Source: Candidatus Wildermuthbacteria bacterium
GTDB taxonomy: Bacteria > Patescibacteriota > Minisyncoccia > Minisyncoccales > UBA10102
Direction of reading: 5' to 3'
DNA length: 64,000 nt
Assembly (NCBI GenBank): GCA_016186115.1
Contig: JACPMK010000003.1
Span: forward strand, 26,470 to 90,469
In this document: piece by piece, positions 10,094 through 19,554 of the stretch
Position numbering within the stretch: the first letter of the stretch is position 1
How the letters are laid out: each line of letters begins with the position of its first letter
Translations under genes and position numbers: made by a program
Notes under the pieces: generated by a model
What the model was told of the DNA's origin: nothing
What the model saw: the letters and a program-made list of their open reading frames with translations, nothing else
Databases searched by the model: none

Positions 10094-11212
10094 ATGAAAG
10101 TAAGTGTACGAAAAGAAAATTTAAAAGAAGGATTGTTTGTTGTGGAACGAGCGATCTCAAAATCGCTAACCCTGCCAATTTTGGGGAACGTCTTGCTGTT
10201 TGTAGAAAAAAATTTCCTTGAATTGGCGGCCACCGATCTCGAAATAGGGGTGCGGTACCGCATTCTTGCGAAGACCGATGAAGAAGGGCAGGTGGTCGCG
10301 CCCGCAAAGGCGCTTTCTCAATTTGTCGCGCTTCTCCCCGCGGCATCGGTTGCGCTTGATGCCAACGAAAAAAGCATGGAAGTTTCCTCTGGCGAGTACG
10401 CCACCAAAATCAAAGTCCTGTCTCCAGACGAGTTTCCTCTTATACCCCTACCGAAAGACGAAAAATACATCGAACTAGAGGCAAAAACATTTTGCCTTGG
10501 GGTTAACCAGGTGGTTGGGATGGCCGGGACGAGTCAGAGCAGGCCGGAAATCTCTGGAGTGTTTTTTTCTTTTGGAGAAAACCAGGTTCGGATTGCGGCA
10601 ACCGACAGCTTTCGGCTTGGAGAGAAGGTCCTTCGCTTGGAAGCGCCACAAGAAGAACGAAGTTTTATTCTGCCCCAACGAGCAGCCCGGGAACTGGTCT
10701 CGATATTTGGCGAAAGGGAGGGGCAGATAAAAACCTACTTTTCCCCAACGCAAGTAATTTTTGATTATATTGCAAACGATCCTTCCCAATCTCGCATCCA
10801 GCTTGTTTCCCGGCTTATCGAAGGAGAGTACCCTCGTTATCGGGATATTGTTCCCTCTCGATACAAAACCAGGGCAGTTGTTGATAAAAATGAGTTCATC
10901 AACCGCATAAAAATTGCGGGTATTTTTTCTGGCAAAACCAGCGAAGTTCGACTCGAGTTCCAGCCCGAAAAAAAAGGAATTGCCATTTTTTCCCAAAATA
11001 CCGACATAGGAGAACAGCATTCTTTTCTTTCGGCAGAGGTTACGGGAGAGCCAATGGAGGCCGCTTTTAATTGGAAATTTCTTTTGGAGGGGGCGCTGGG
11101 AGTGGAGGCAAATTCTTTGGAGATGGCAATGAGCGCGGAAGATGGTCCGGCAGCGTTTCTCCCCCCAGCAGAGGAAGGGTATATGTATATCATTATGCCC
11201 ATCCGAATGTAG
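10094..11212 (+). CDS. dnaN: DNA polymerase III beta clamp
   Basis: ATDLEI, ATDSFRL, SRLIEGEYP, YIIMP. Confidence 0.98.
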   Translation: MKVSVRKENLKEGLFVVERAISKSLTLPILGNVLLFVEKNFLELAATDLEIGVRYRILAKTDEEGQVVAPAKALSQFVALLPAASVALDANEKSMEVSSGEYATKIKVLSPDEFPLIPLPKDEKYIELEAKTFCLGVNQVVGMAGTSQSRPEISGVFFSFGENQVRIAATDSFRLGEKVLRLEAPQEERSFILPQRAARELVSIFGEREGQIKTYFSPTQVIFDYIANDPSQSRIQLVSRLIEGEYPRYRDIVPSRYKTRAVVDKNEFINRIKIAGIFSGKTSEVRLEFQPEKKGIAIFSQNTDIGEQHSFLSAEVTGEPMEAAFNWKFLLEGALGVEANSLEMAMSAEDGPAAFLPPAEEGYMYIIMPIRM

Positions 11213-11227
11213 CGTACCTTACTTCTT

Positions 11228-13141
11228 CTACTGGGCGGGAGAGGAAAGATAGGGAAGCGCATTCCTCATAAAATAGTTCCAGATTGGAGCAGCAAGCTCA
11301 ACGCCGGGCCCACGTTCCATGTAATCATTGTTGTTGTTTCCAACCCATGCTCCGGCAACAATTTTATCGGTATAGCCAATAGCCCAAGCATCTTTATAGT
11401 CCTGCGTAGTTCCTGTTTTTGCCGCAACGCGATACCCTTCAATATAAAGCGGAGAGCGGGCTCCGAAGATGGGGGCCCGTGCGTCGTTATCAGAAAGAAT
11501 GTCAGTAATGAGTCGGGCTACATCAGGAGAGAGAACTGTCGCGGGGATTTTTTTGTTTTCTTCAATGGTATCTCCTTCAGAATCCTTGATGCGGATAATG
11601 GAAACAGGCGGCACCCTTCTCCCTTCGGTGGCAAAGACGCCGTAGGCCGAGGTTATATCTAGTAGCCGAACCTCTCCTCCTCCCAAAACCAAAGCGGGGC
11701 CGTAAAAAGAGAGATCGCGATTCAACGTGGTAACCCCCATTTTTTTTGCGGTCTCGATGCTTTCTTGGATGCCTGCGTACTCCAGCAGGGTTTTTACCGC
11801 GGGGATGTTCAATGATTGAGCGAGGGCAACGCGGATGGTTACGGGGCCACGGAATTTCCCGTCGTAGTTTTGGGGAATGTATTCTTTCCCGCCCCATACT
11901 CCAAAGTTCGTGAGCTCATCTATAATAATGGTTTGATCGTTTGCCGCCCCTCTTTCAAATGCAGTTGCGTATACAAAGGGCTTGAACGCGGAACCCGGTT
12001 GGCGTCCGGGGTACGCGTTCACAATATTAACCTTGGGGTCAAAAAGACAATTTTTGCCCGGGACGCATCCTTTTGGATAAGAATCTCCGTCCCAGCTTTT
12101 AGATCCTACCATAGCGAGAATTTCTCCTGTTTGGGGGGTGATTGCAACCAGCGCCGCATTATGCGCATTGTATGCCTTATTGCGCTCGACATAAGTCTGG
12201 ACCGCCGTTTCCGCGGCTTTTTGTAGATTCCAATCCAAGCTCGTATACACATTAAGCCCGTTTGTCCGGACAAAATCCTCTCCGTATCGGTCGAATAGCT
12301 GGTCGAGAATATACATGATAAAGTGAGGGGCTTTAATGCTCTCGGAGGGTTCCTGCGAGAGGAATTGTATCTCTGCTTTTTTCGCGTCTTCGGCCTCGTT
12401 GGTAGCGATGTATTCTTCCTGTGCCATGCGGTCTAGCACGTAATTTTTTCTTGCCAGCAATTTATCTTTCCGGTCGCCATATGGAGAATAATAAGAAGGT
12501 GCTTGGATCAGCGCAGCAAGGGTTGCGGATTCTGCAAGCGTAAGTTCGCCCGGCTTTTTACGAAAATAGAGTTGCGAGGCCGCACCCACGCCATAGGTGT
12601 TTGCGCCCAAGGGTACTTGATTGAGATAAAATCCCAAAATTTCATCCTTGGAATAGCGGCGCTCCAATTCAAGGGTGATAACAACTTCTTTGATTTTTCG
12701 TTCGAATGTTTTTTCTCTGGTGAGAAATGAGGTGCGCACTAACTGTTGAGTAATAGTTGAGCCGCCTTGAGCAGGACCACGCAGCCGGATATTTGCAAGA
12801 GCTGCTCTGGCAATGCTTGTGGGGTCAATGCCGAAATGATGGTAGAATCTCCTGTCTTCAGTTGCGATTACTGCCTGCTGAAGATATTTTGGAGTTTCCG
12901 AAAGCAGGACAGGATCGCGCTTTTCTTTTTCGTAAATTTCGTAGAGAAGCACTTTGCCGGTTCTGTCGTAAATTTTTGTGGGCTGGGAGAACGATGCTTC
13001 GGTGAATCGTTCGGGTCGCGGGAGGTCTTTTGTGTAATAAAAAAACAAGCCCATAATCACTGCAATCCCGAGCACCATAACCGCAAAGAAGGCCCCGATG
13101 CCCCACACAATGCCGCGCATGAGTGTTTTATGAGTTCGCAT
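11228..13141 (-). CDS. class A penicillin-binding protein (PBP1A family)
   Basis: EDRRFY, QGGSTITQQL transglycosylase; QPGSAFKP, SLN, KTGT transpeptidase. Confidence 0.95.
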   Translation of the reverse strand: MRTHKTLMRGIVWGIGAFFAVMVLGIAVIMGLFFYYTKDLPRPERFTEASFSQPTKIYDRTGKVLLYEIYEKEKRDPVLLSETPKYLQQAVIATEDRRFYHHFGIDPTSIARAALANIRLRGPAQGGSTITQQLVRTSFLTREKTFERKIKEVVITLELERRYSKDEILGFYLNQVPLGANTYGVGAASQLYFRKKPGELTLAESATLAALIQAPSYYSPYGDRKDKLLARKNYVLDRMAQEEYIATNEAEDAKKAEIQFLSQEPSESIKAPHFIMYILDQLFDRYGEDFVRTNGLNVYTSLDWNLQKAAETAVQTYVERNKAYNAHNAALVAITPQTGEILAMVGSKSWDGDSYPKGCVPGKNCLFDPKVNIVNAYPGRQPGSAFKPFVYATAFERGAANDQTIIIDELTNFGVWGGKEYIPQNYDGKFRGPVTIRVALAQSLNIPAVKTLLEYAGIQESIETAKKMGVTTLNRDLSFYGPALVLGGGEVRLLDITSAYGVFATEGRRVPPVSIIRIKDSEGDTIEENKKIPATVLSPDVARLITDILSDNDARAPIFGARSPLYIEGYRVAAKTGTTQDYKDAWAIGYTDKIVAGAWVGNNNNDYMERGPGVELAAPIWNYFMRNALPYLSSPAQ

Positions 13142-13244
13142 GATGTTCCTTCTACATGGCTCAAATTATCATCTTTTCTCTTCATGCGCAACCAGAGGCG
13201 TTTGAGATTGCGACGCAATTCAGCTAGAATAAAGAAAAGTATTT

Positions 13245-14429
13245 ATGCCCAAGAGAGATATCGCCTCCATTCTCACCCGACGGGTAGAAACCATTCTGCC
13301 TACAAGAGAAGGCCTTGAACAGTTGATGCGGCAACGCAAAATCAAGGTCTATCTTGGAGTTGATCCCACCAGTCCCAATTTGCATTTGGGCCATGCAGTA
13401 CTTTTCCATAAACTCCGAGAATTTCAAGAACTCGGACACAAAATAATTCTTTTGTTCGGCACATTCACCGCTCGCATTGGCGACCCTTCCGGACGGGAGA
13501 ATGCGCGGGAACAGCTTACACCCCAGCAGGTCAGGCAAAACATGATTGCTTACAAAAAGCAGGCGGCAAAGATTTTGGATGTTTCGAAAACAATAATCAA
13601 ATATAATGATACCTGGCTTAAGCGCCTTACATTTGAGGACGTACTTAAAATAGCATCCCAGTTTACGAGTAGTCAGCTTTTGGAACGGGACATGTTTCAG
13701 CAGCGTTTCAAAGAAGGAAAAGAGGTCTGGATGCATGAGCTTTTGTATCCCTTAATGCAGGGGTATGATTCCGTGGCATTGGACGTGGATTTGGAAATTG
13801 GAGCAATCGACCAAACGTTTAATATGCTGGTTGGCAGAAAACTAGAGAAGATATATCGCAATAAAGAAAAATTTGTTTTAACGACCCCTTTGCTTCTTGG
13901 CTTGGACGGCAGAAAAATGAGCAAAACATACGGGAACGCCGTTCATTTGCTCGATGGTCCAGATGAAATGTACGGGAAATTAATGAGCCTGAAAGACGAA
14001 TTGGTCTTGCATTATTTTGAACTTTGTACGGATGTGCCAGAAGAGGAGATTCGCACGATAGCAAAAGCTCTTCAGGAGCGGAGCATCTCGCCGCGCGATC
14101 TCAAGGCGCGTTTAGCCCGGGAAATTGTTACTTTCTATCACGGGGTAAAGAATGCGCAAAAAGCAGAGCAAGAATTTATCAGAGTGTTTCGGGAAAAGCA
14201 GATGCCCTCACGGATTCAGGAGGTACACATTGAGAAATTCCAGCTCGCCCTTCTCGATCTTCTCGTCGAGACGCAACTTGTTCCGAGCCGTTCTGAAGCA
14301 AGAAGAGTCATTACCCAAGGGGGCGTAAAAATTGATGGGAAAATGCAAAAAGAAGCCGATCGCATTGTCTCTCTCCAAAAAGGAATGGTGGTGCAGGTGG
14401 GGAAGAGGAATTTTGTGCGCCTAGCTTAG
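13245..14429 (+). CDS. tyrS: tyrosine--tRNA ligase
   Basis: GVDPT, HLGH, YPLMQGYD, KMSKT, C-terminal S4 domain. Confidence 0.98.
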   Translation: MPKRDIASILTRRVETILPTREGLEQLMRQRKIKVYLGVDPTSPNLHLGHAVLFHKLREFQELGHKIILLFGTFTARIGDPSGRENAREQLTPQQVRQNMIAYKKQAAKILDVSKTIIKYNDTWLKRLTFEDVLKIASQFTSSQLLERDMFQQRFKEGKEVWMHELLYPLMQGYDSVALDVDLEIGAIDQTFNMLVGRKLEKIYRNKEKFVLTTPLLLGLDGRKMSKTYGNAVHLLDGPDEMYGKLMSLKDELVLHYFELCTDVPEEEIRTIAKALQERSISPRDLKARLAREIVTFYHGVKNAQKAEQEFIRVFREKQMPSRIQEVHIEKFQLALLDLLVETQLVPSRSEARRVITQGGVKIDGKMQKEADRIVSLQKGMVVQVGKRNFVRLA

Positions 14430-14930
14430 GGGGATATTCTTTTGGAGAAGCAGGGAGCAGCTTAGCGCAATACCAAGAGCGTCAGCCGCATCGTCGGGCT
14501 TTGGGATTTCCGGGAGCCGGAGCAACTCCTTGAGCATCCATTGGACTTGGCGCTTTTCTGCTCTTCCATAGCCGGTAACGGCAAGCTTCATTTGGAGCGG
14601 AGTAAATTCATGTACGGGAATTTTGTTTTTGGCAATGAGGGCCAGAAGAACTCCTCTGGCCTCACTCACGCCGATTATGGTTTTTTGATTCTTGAAAAAA
14701 AAGAGACGTTCAATACCGATGGCGTCTGGTTTATATTTTTTTAATACTTTTGCAAAGGATTTTTCCAATAAGAGCAGGCGTTCTCCTGCATTTTTGTCGC
14801 GCGGAGTTTTCATTACCCCATATCCGACGCATTCAAAGCCAGCGTGAGGATTTTTTGCCGCTCCCGACTTGTTGCAAAGCACGCCATACCCACACGATTC
14901 TGTGCCAGGGTCGAGACCGAGAATCGTCAT
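14421..14930 (-). CDS. ruvC: Holliday junction resolvase RuvC
   Basis: ILGLDPG, EARGV, VTGYGRAEK, DDAADAL. Confidence 0.97.
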   Translation of the reverse strand: MTILGLDPGTESCGYGVLCNKSGAAKNPHAGFECVGYGVMKTPRDKNAGERLLLLEKSFAKVLKKYKPDAIGIERLFFFKNQKTIIGVSEARGVLLALIAKNKIPVHEFTPLQMKLAVTGYGRAEKRQVQWMLKELLRLPEIPKPDDAADALGIALSCSLLLQKNIPLS

Positions 14931-14934
14931 GAGT

Positions 14935-15666
14935 TTATTTCAAGTTTGAATATATTTCTTGCACGTCCTCGCTTTCATCAAGAGCGTCAAATAATTCTTG
15001 GGCAATTTTCTTATTCTGTTCGTCAAGAGCGATGCGTTCCTTGGGAACCCAATCGAGCGTCGCATCTTCAATCGCGAACCTCCTTTCCTGCAATTTCTTT
15101 TTTGTTTCTTCGAGTTGCGTTGGGATGGTGTAGATATCAAGCATAGTATCCTCGTGCCAATACAAGTCCTGTGCGCCTGCTTCAATCGCGGCAAGCTCAA
15201 GCTCTTCTTTGGGCGCCGCAGGGCCCTCTTCGGGATTGGGGCTGATGATTATTACTCCTTTTTGTTCAAACATCCAGCGCACCGAACCGCCTTCCGCAAG
15301 TTTCCCCTGGTGCCTGGCGAGAATTTGTTTTACTTCTCCCAACATTCGGTTGCGATTATCAGTGATGCCCTTAATGAGCAATGCGGCTCCGCCTGGTCCG
15401 TATGCCTCAAGCAGCACTTCTTCAAGGCGTGCGCCCGTTTCTTCGCCGGTTCCTCTTTTGATCGCCCTCGTAATGTTTTCAGAGGGCATATTGATGTCCT
15501 TTGCTTTTTCAATAATCGCGCGCAACACAGTATTGATGGAGGGGTCTCCACCCTGTCTTGCGGCAATGGTGAGCTCGCGAGCAAACTTTGAAAACAGTTT
15601 GCTGCGCTTGGCATCAGCCAGCCCTTTTTTATGTTTTATGCCTGCCCAATGGCTGTGTCCCGACAT
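14935..15666 (-). CDS. yebC: YebC/PmpR family protein
   Basis: MSGHSHWAGIKHKK, EAYGPGG. Confidence 0.97.
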   Translation of the reverse strand: MSGHSHWAGIKHKKGLADAKRSKLFSKFARELTIAARQGGDPSINTVLRAIIEKAKDINMPSENITRAIKRGTGEETGARLEEVLLEAYGPGGAALLIKGITDNRNRMLGEVKQILARHQGKLAEGGSVRWMFEQKGVIIISPNPEEGPAAPKEELELAAIEAGAQDLYWHEDTMLDIYTIPTQLEETKKKLQERRFAIEDATLDWVPKERIALDEQNKKIAQELFDALDESEDVQEIYSNLK

Positions 15667-15750
15667 GCTTTATAATTTTAGCAGGGGGACTCCAAGTTTT
15701 CAATCCCTTCTCTTTAAGCTCGAGTAAGCGATTTTTCTTTATACAAAATA

Positions 15751-16734
15751 CTACATGCCAAATACTTTTCGCGGCAATTTCAGGCGGAGGTGCTCATAGG
15801 CGAGCTTGGTGGCGATTCTGCCGCGCGGGGTACGGTCGATAAAACCGAGACGGAGAAGATAAGGTTCGTAGACGTCAAGAATTGCGTCCTGTTCTTCCGA
15901 GGTCGCGGCGGCCAACGCCTGAATCCCCACCGGTCCCCCTGAAAATTTAAGGATAATGGCTTCGAGAATTTTTCGATCGCCGGGCTCCAATCCATAGTCG
16001 TCAATCTCAAAAGAGCAAAGCGCGTGCTCCGTGGTCTCTGTGGTGATTCCATCTTTTCCTTCGGTGACTGCAAAATCGCGGACGCGTTTTAAGATGCGGT
16101 TGGCGATGCGCGGAGTATAGCGGGAGCGATCTGCAATCAGCGCGACGGCTTTTCTATCGATCGCAATTTTTAAGAGAACAGCCGATCGCTCGATAATCTG
16201 CGCGAGTTCTTCTTTTTCGTACATGGAGAATCGGAAAATTGCTCCAAACCTGTTGCGCAGAGGCATGGGGAGAAGGGCAATTTTAGTGGTGGCGCCAATG
16301 AGCGTGAAGCGTGGGAGCGGAATATCTACGGTTCTTGCAAGAAGCCCCTTGCCAAGGATGATATGGAGCACAAATTCTTCCATTGCCGAGTACAGCGCTT
16401 CCATTGCGGTTTTGCGCACTCGGTGGCATTCGTCAATAAAAAGAATATCGTTGTCTTGGAGATTGGTGAGGAGCGATGCGAGGTCTCCGCTTTTTTCAAG
16501 AGCTGGCCCAGAGCAGATTTTCATTTGAGCGTTCATTTCGCGAGCCACGATATGCGCGAGCGTAGTCTTCCCAAGGCCAGAATTGCCGTAAAAGAGGAGA
16601 TGCTCCAAGGTTTCGCCTCTTTTTTTTGCGGATTCAATAATAATGCGGAGATTATGCTTAATTTTTTCTTGCCCAATATATTCAGCCCATGTGAAAGGCC
16701 GCAGATTGGTATCAAATTCTCGTTCTTCAACCAT
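15751..16734 (-). CDS. ruvB: Holliday junction branch migration helicase RuvB
   Basis: LRP..YIGQ, GLGKTTLA, FIDECHR, IGATT, RTPRGR. Confidence 0.97.
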   Translation of the reverse strand: MVEEREFDTNLRPFTWAEYIGQEKIKHNLRIIIESAKKRGETLEHLLFYGNSGLGKTTLAHIVAREMNAQMKICSGPALEKSGDLASLLTNLQDNDILFIDECHRVRKTAMEALYSAMEEFVLHIILGKGLLARTVDIPLPRFTLIGATTKIALLPMPLRNRFGAIFRFSMYEKEELAQIIERSAVLLKIAIDRKAVALIADRSRYTPRIANRILKRVRDFAVTEGKDGITTETTEHALCSFEIDDYGLEPGDRKILEAIILKFSGGPVGIQALAAATSEEQDAILDVYEPYLLRLGFIDRTPRGRIATKLAYEHLRLKLPRKVFGM

Positions 16735-16736
16735 CC

Positions 16737-16765
16737 TTGACAATAAATTTCTTATATAGTATAAT
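16737..16765 (+). promoter_or_regulatory. consensus sigma70 promoter
   Basis: TTGACA 16737-16742, 17 nt, TATAAT 16760-16765. Confidence 0.8.
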
Positions 16766-16776
16766 ACTTGTGTTCT

Positions 16777-16929
16777 ATAATCTCTTTAAAGAACTGGGGA
16801 CAGCAGGAATGTTTCTTAGTTGGATGATCTGGTCCGCCCATTTTTGGGCGGACGAGATCTCTCCTCGGAAAGATTCTAAACTTTGGTCCAGGTACTATAG
16901 TTTTGTCCCCAGCTCTTTAAAGAGATTAT
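16777..16929 (+). ncRNA. candidate structured small RNA (long rod-like hairpin; possibly 6S-like)
   Basis: 26-nt terminal inverted repeat with 1 mismatch; inner stem gatctggtccgccca/tgggcggacgagatc; begins just after a perfect promoter. Confidence 0.45.
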
Positions 16930-16932
16930 TTG

Positions 16933-18219
16933 TTATTCGGGCGCCTCACGCTCAACCTCCTCCATGGTTGTAATACCCTCGAGCACTTTCATGATGCCGT
17001 TTTGGCGCATGGGTATCATGCCATGCCGAACCGTAAACCTCTGAATTTCTCCGATGGAGGGAGAACCCGCAAGAAAGGGTTCCATTTTTTCATCGATACG
17101 GAATGCTTCGAAAATACCAATTCGACCTCGGTATCCTGTCCCATTGCATTGTTCGCACCCCTTCGCTTGGGGGATACTCCATTGAGAAGAAATCTTTGGT
17201 CGTATATTTGGATTCAACTTTTTGAGCGCATCCTCAATCTGTTTGCGGGTTGCTTGGTCGGGGCTTATGAGCATTTTGCATTGTTGGCAAACCCTTCGTA
17301 CTAAGCGTTGGGCAATTGCCATGGTAAGCGCAGGAGCAATGAGAGATGGTTGTGCGCCCAAACTTAGGAGTCGCGGGATGGTTCCGGCAGCATTGTTGGT
17401 GTGAAGCGTGGTAAAGACAAGGTGGCCGGTGAGAGCTGCTTGCAGAGCAATTTCTGCGGTTTGGTTATCCCGCACCTCGCCCACAAAAATAATATCCGGA
17501 TCTTGCCGCACAATTGCCTGAAGGCCATTGGCAAAATCATATCCCTTCGCTGGGTTTACTTGAGTTTGCGAAATAGCGTTCAGATGATATTCGATAGGGT
17601 CTTCAATCGTAATAATTTTTAATTCCGGCTTTTGAAGCGCTTTAAGAAAGGCATACAGCGTTGTTGTTTTGCCGCAGCCCGTGGGGCCCGTGACAACGAT
17701 CATCCCGTTGGGCTTCCCTATTTCACTTTTGAACATTTGGAGGAGATCTTTTCTTAACCCGAGATTTTCGAGATCAACAAGATGAGCTGGGTTTAAAATT
17801 CGTATGACAATTGCCTCTCCGTATTCTGCGGGCAATGCAGAGACACGCGCTTCGATTGCATGTTCTTTGTCAAGCGCAAAAGAAAACCTGCCATCTTGAG
17901 GGCGATCGGTTACATTGAGCTTGATTCCATGGGAAAGGAGTTTGATGCGCGAAAGAACTTCTTGATAGAGCGCAGGCGGAATGGTTCCGGCGTCGTGGAG
18001 CATGCCGTCGATGCGAAGACGAATTTTTGTCACCTCATTTTCTGGCTCCATATGGAGATCAGAGACATCGAGAATAACCGCAGTAGCAAGGAGAAAGTCC
18101 ACGAGTTCGGATATCGTCTTTGATTGGGCAAGGGAAAGATATTGTTGAAATTCGGAGAGATTACGAACGCGTTCCTTCGCCTCGTTTTGAATGGAGGGCG
18201 AGAGAGCAATTTCATTCAT
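16933..18219 (-). CDS. GspE/PilB family assembly ATPase
   Basis: SDLHMEP, PQDGRF, TGPTGCGKTTT, EDPIEY, RQDPD..GEVRD, LTGHLV, two CxxC. Confidence 0.95.
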   Translation of the reverse strand: MNEIALSPSIQNEAKERVRNLSEFQQYLSLAQSKTISELVDFLLATAVILDVSDLHMEPENEVTKIRLRIDGMLHDAGTIPPALYQEVLSRIKLLSHGIKLNVTDRPQDGRFSFALDKEHAIEARVSALPAEYGEAIVIRILNPAHLVDLENLGLRKDLLQMFKSEIGKPNGMIVVTGPTGCGKTTTLYAFLKALQKPELKIITIEDPIEYHLNAISQTQVNPAKGYDFANGLQAIVRQDPDIIFVGEVRDNQTAEIALQAALTGHLVFTTLHTNNAAGTIPRLLSLGAQPSLIAPALTMAIAQRLVRRVCQQCKMLISPDQATRKQIEDALKKLNPNIRPKISSQWSIPQAKGCEQCNGTGYRGRIGIFEAFRIDEKMEPFLAGSPSIGEIQRFTVRHGMIPMRQNGIMKVLEGITTMEEVEREAPE

Positions 18220-19055
18220 AAAGAAGAAAGAATTTGAATAAGATGGGTTTTGGCTTGGCCAAGATCTGATTGGGCGATGGGAAACAAGAGCCATTGTTCT
18301 TTTTGCTGCGCAGGAAAGGATTGGTTGATTTTTGCTCTGATTTCTGGCGAGGGAGACCAGAGCAATCCCCGATTTTTCTGTGGCTTCTCTTCGTATAGGA
18401 GAAGGTAAGAATAGTGAGAACCTATGCAGCGAATAAGGTATTGAATTGTAGCGGGCATTGTTTGAGGAGTTGTGTCTTGCGCCTCGAAATCCCCTCTGCT
18501 AAAGGTTCCGATATACAATGGTATGCCCGAGAGTTTTTCTGATTGCGCAAAGAGAGCCCCTGTGTATTCAAAAAGGCGTTTTTCTTGAGGTGAAAATCGC
18601 TGCAGCACCATCTCTTTTGCTTCAAGCGCATCCATGAGTACGGGGCCCGATTCCGACGATGTCGTTCCGTTGTCTCGCAGGGGGGAATGACCTACAATGA
18701 GAGTGAGATCGGAAGAGAAAATGGGCACGAGATGAACATTCTTTTCATCGAGTACCCCGTCGGAAAGCGAGAAATACAGCTTGAGATCTTTCTGATCCTT
18801 TTCATAGCGTACTCTTGAAATTCGGGGGGCTATGTCTTTCACGATAAGAGCAAATGTTTTTTCTTCTTCTTCCCGAATAGCTTCTGCGGGGAAGAGCAAC
18901 GTATCACTTTTTGTTCCTTCGATGCGTACCTGTTTTCCAAGTTGCCGCAGGCCGCAAAAGAGAGTGCACGCAATCTGAAGATCTCGTGGCGAAGCACCGG
19001 GAGGAAGCGATAAGGAAATCGTGCGAGCGGAAGTAAGAATGACCTCTTTGTTCAT
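18216..19055 (-). CDS. hypothetical protein, degenerate DHH/NrnA-like (CPR type)
   Basis: CTLFCGLRQLGKQV and ISRVRYEKDQKDLKLY resemble CPR DHH-like proteins; no DHH motif seen. Confidence 0.55.
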   Translation of the reverse strand: MNKEVILTSARTISLSLPPGASPRDLQIACTLFCGLRQLGKQVRIEGTKSDTLLFPAEAIREEEEKTFALIVKDIAPRISRVRYEKDQKDLKLYFSLSDGVLDEKNVHLVPIFSSDLTLIVGHSPLRDNGTTSSESGPVLMDALEAKEMVLQRFSPQEKRLFEYTGALFAQSEKLSGIPLYIGTFSRGDFEAQDTTPQTMPATIQYLIRCIGSHYSYLLLYEEKPQKNRGLLWSPSPEIRAKINQSFPAQQKEQWLLFPIAQSDLGQAKTHLIQILSSL

Positions 19056-19104
19056 AGGAGAACATTTCCATAAAAAAGATTACTTCACCTTAACGCAAAG
19101 CCCT

Positions 19105-19554
19105 ACGGAAGTCAATTTTATTTCCAATTCCCATACTTCAACGCAGAAAATGGGCGAGAACATTGCCCGCTTTTTGCTGCCATGTATTGGAAGAAGGAAA
19201 AGAGCAGTGGTCGTTGGATTGATCGGAGAACTTGGAAGCGGGAAAACAACGTTTGCGCAGGGATTTGCTAAGGGATTGGGAGTGAAAGAAAAGATATTGA
19301 GCCCCACGTTTCTTATTATGAGGAGTTATCAGCTTGCCGGTGAGCCAGTGCAGAGTTTCTATCATGTGGATGGGTATCGTCTTTCAAATCAAAAAGAATT
19401 GCTTTTGTTGGGGTGGAAAAAAATTACCGCTCTTCCATCGGCTTGTATTCTGGTGGAGTGGGCAGACAAGGTAAAGAGGGTTTTGCCAAGGGACACTATC
19501 TGGATTTCTTTCCGGGCGCTTGACAAAACAACAAGGAATATTAGCATTTCATGA
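19105..19554 (+). CDS. tsaE: tRNA threonylcarbamoyladenosine ATPase TsaE (start uncertain)
   Basis: GELGSGKTTFAQG, SPTF, HVDGYRL, VEWAD. Confidence 0.92.
   Translation, partial: TEVNFISNSHTSTQKMGENIARFLLPCIGRRKRAVVVGLIGELGSGKTTFAQGFAKGLGVKEKILSPTFLIMRSYQLAGEPVQSFYHVDGYRLSNQKELLLLGWKKITALPSACILVEWADKVKRVLPRDTIWISFRALDKTTRNISIS

Noticed and set aside
16737..16973. 78-aa ORF in the ruvB-pilB gap
   Set aside because: Its TTG is the -35 box; the region is better explained by promoter plus hairpin
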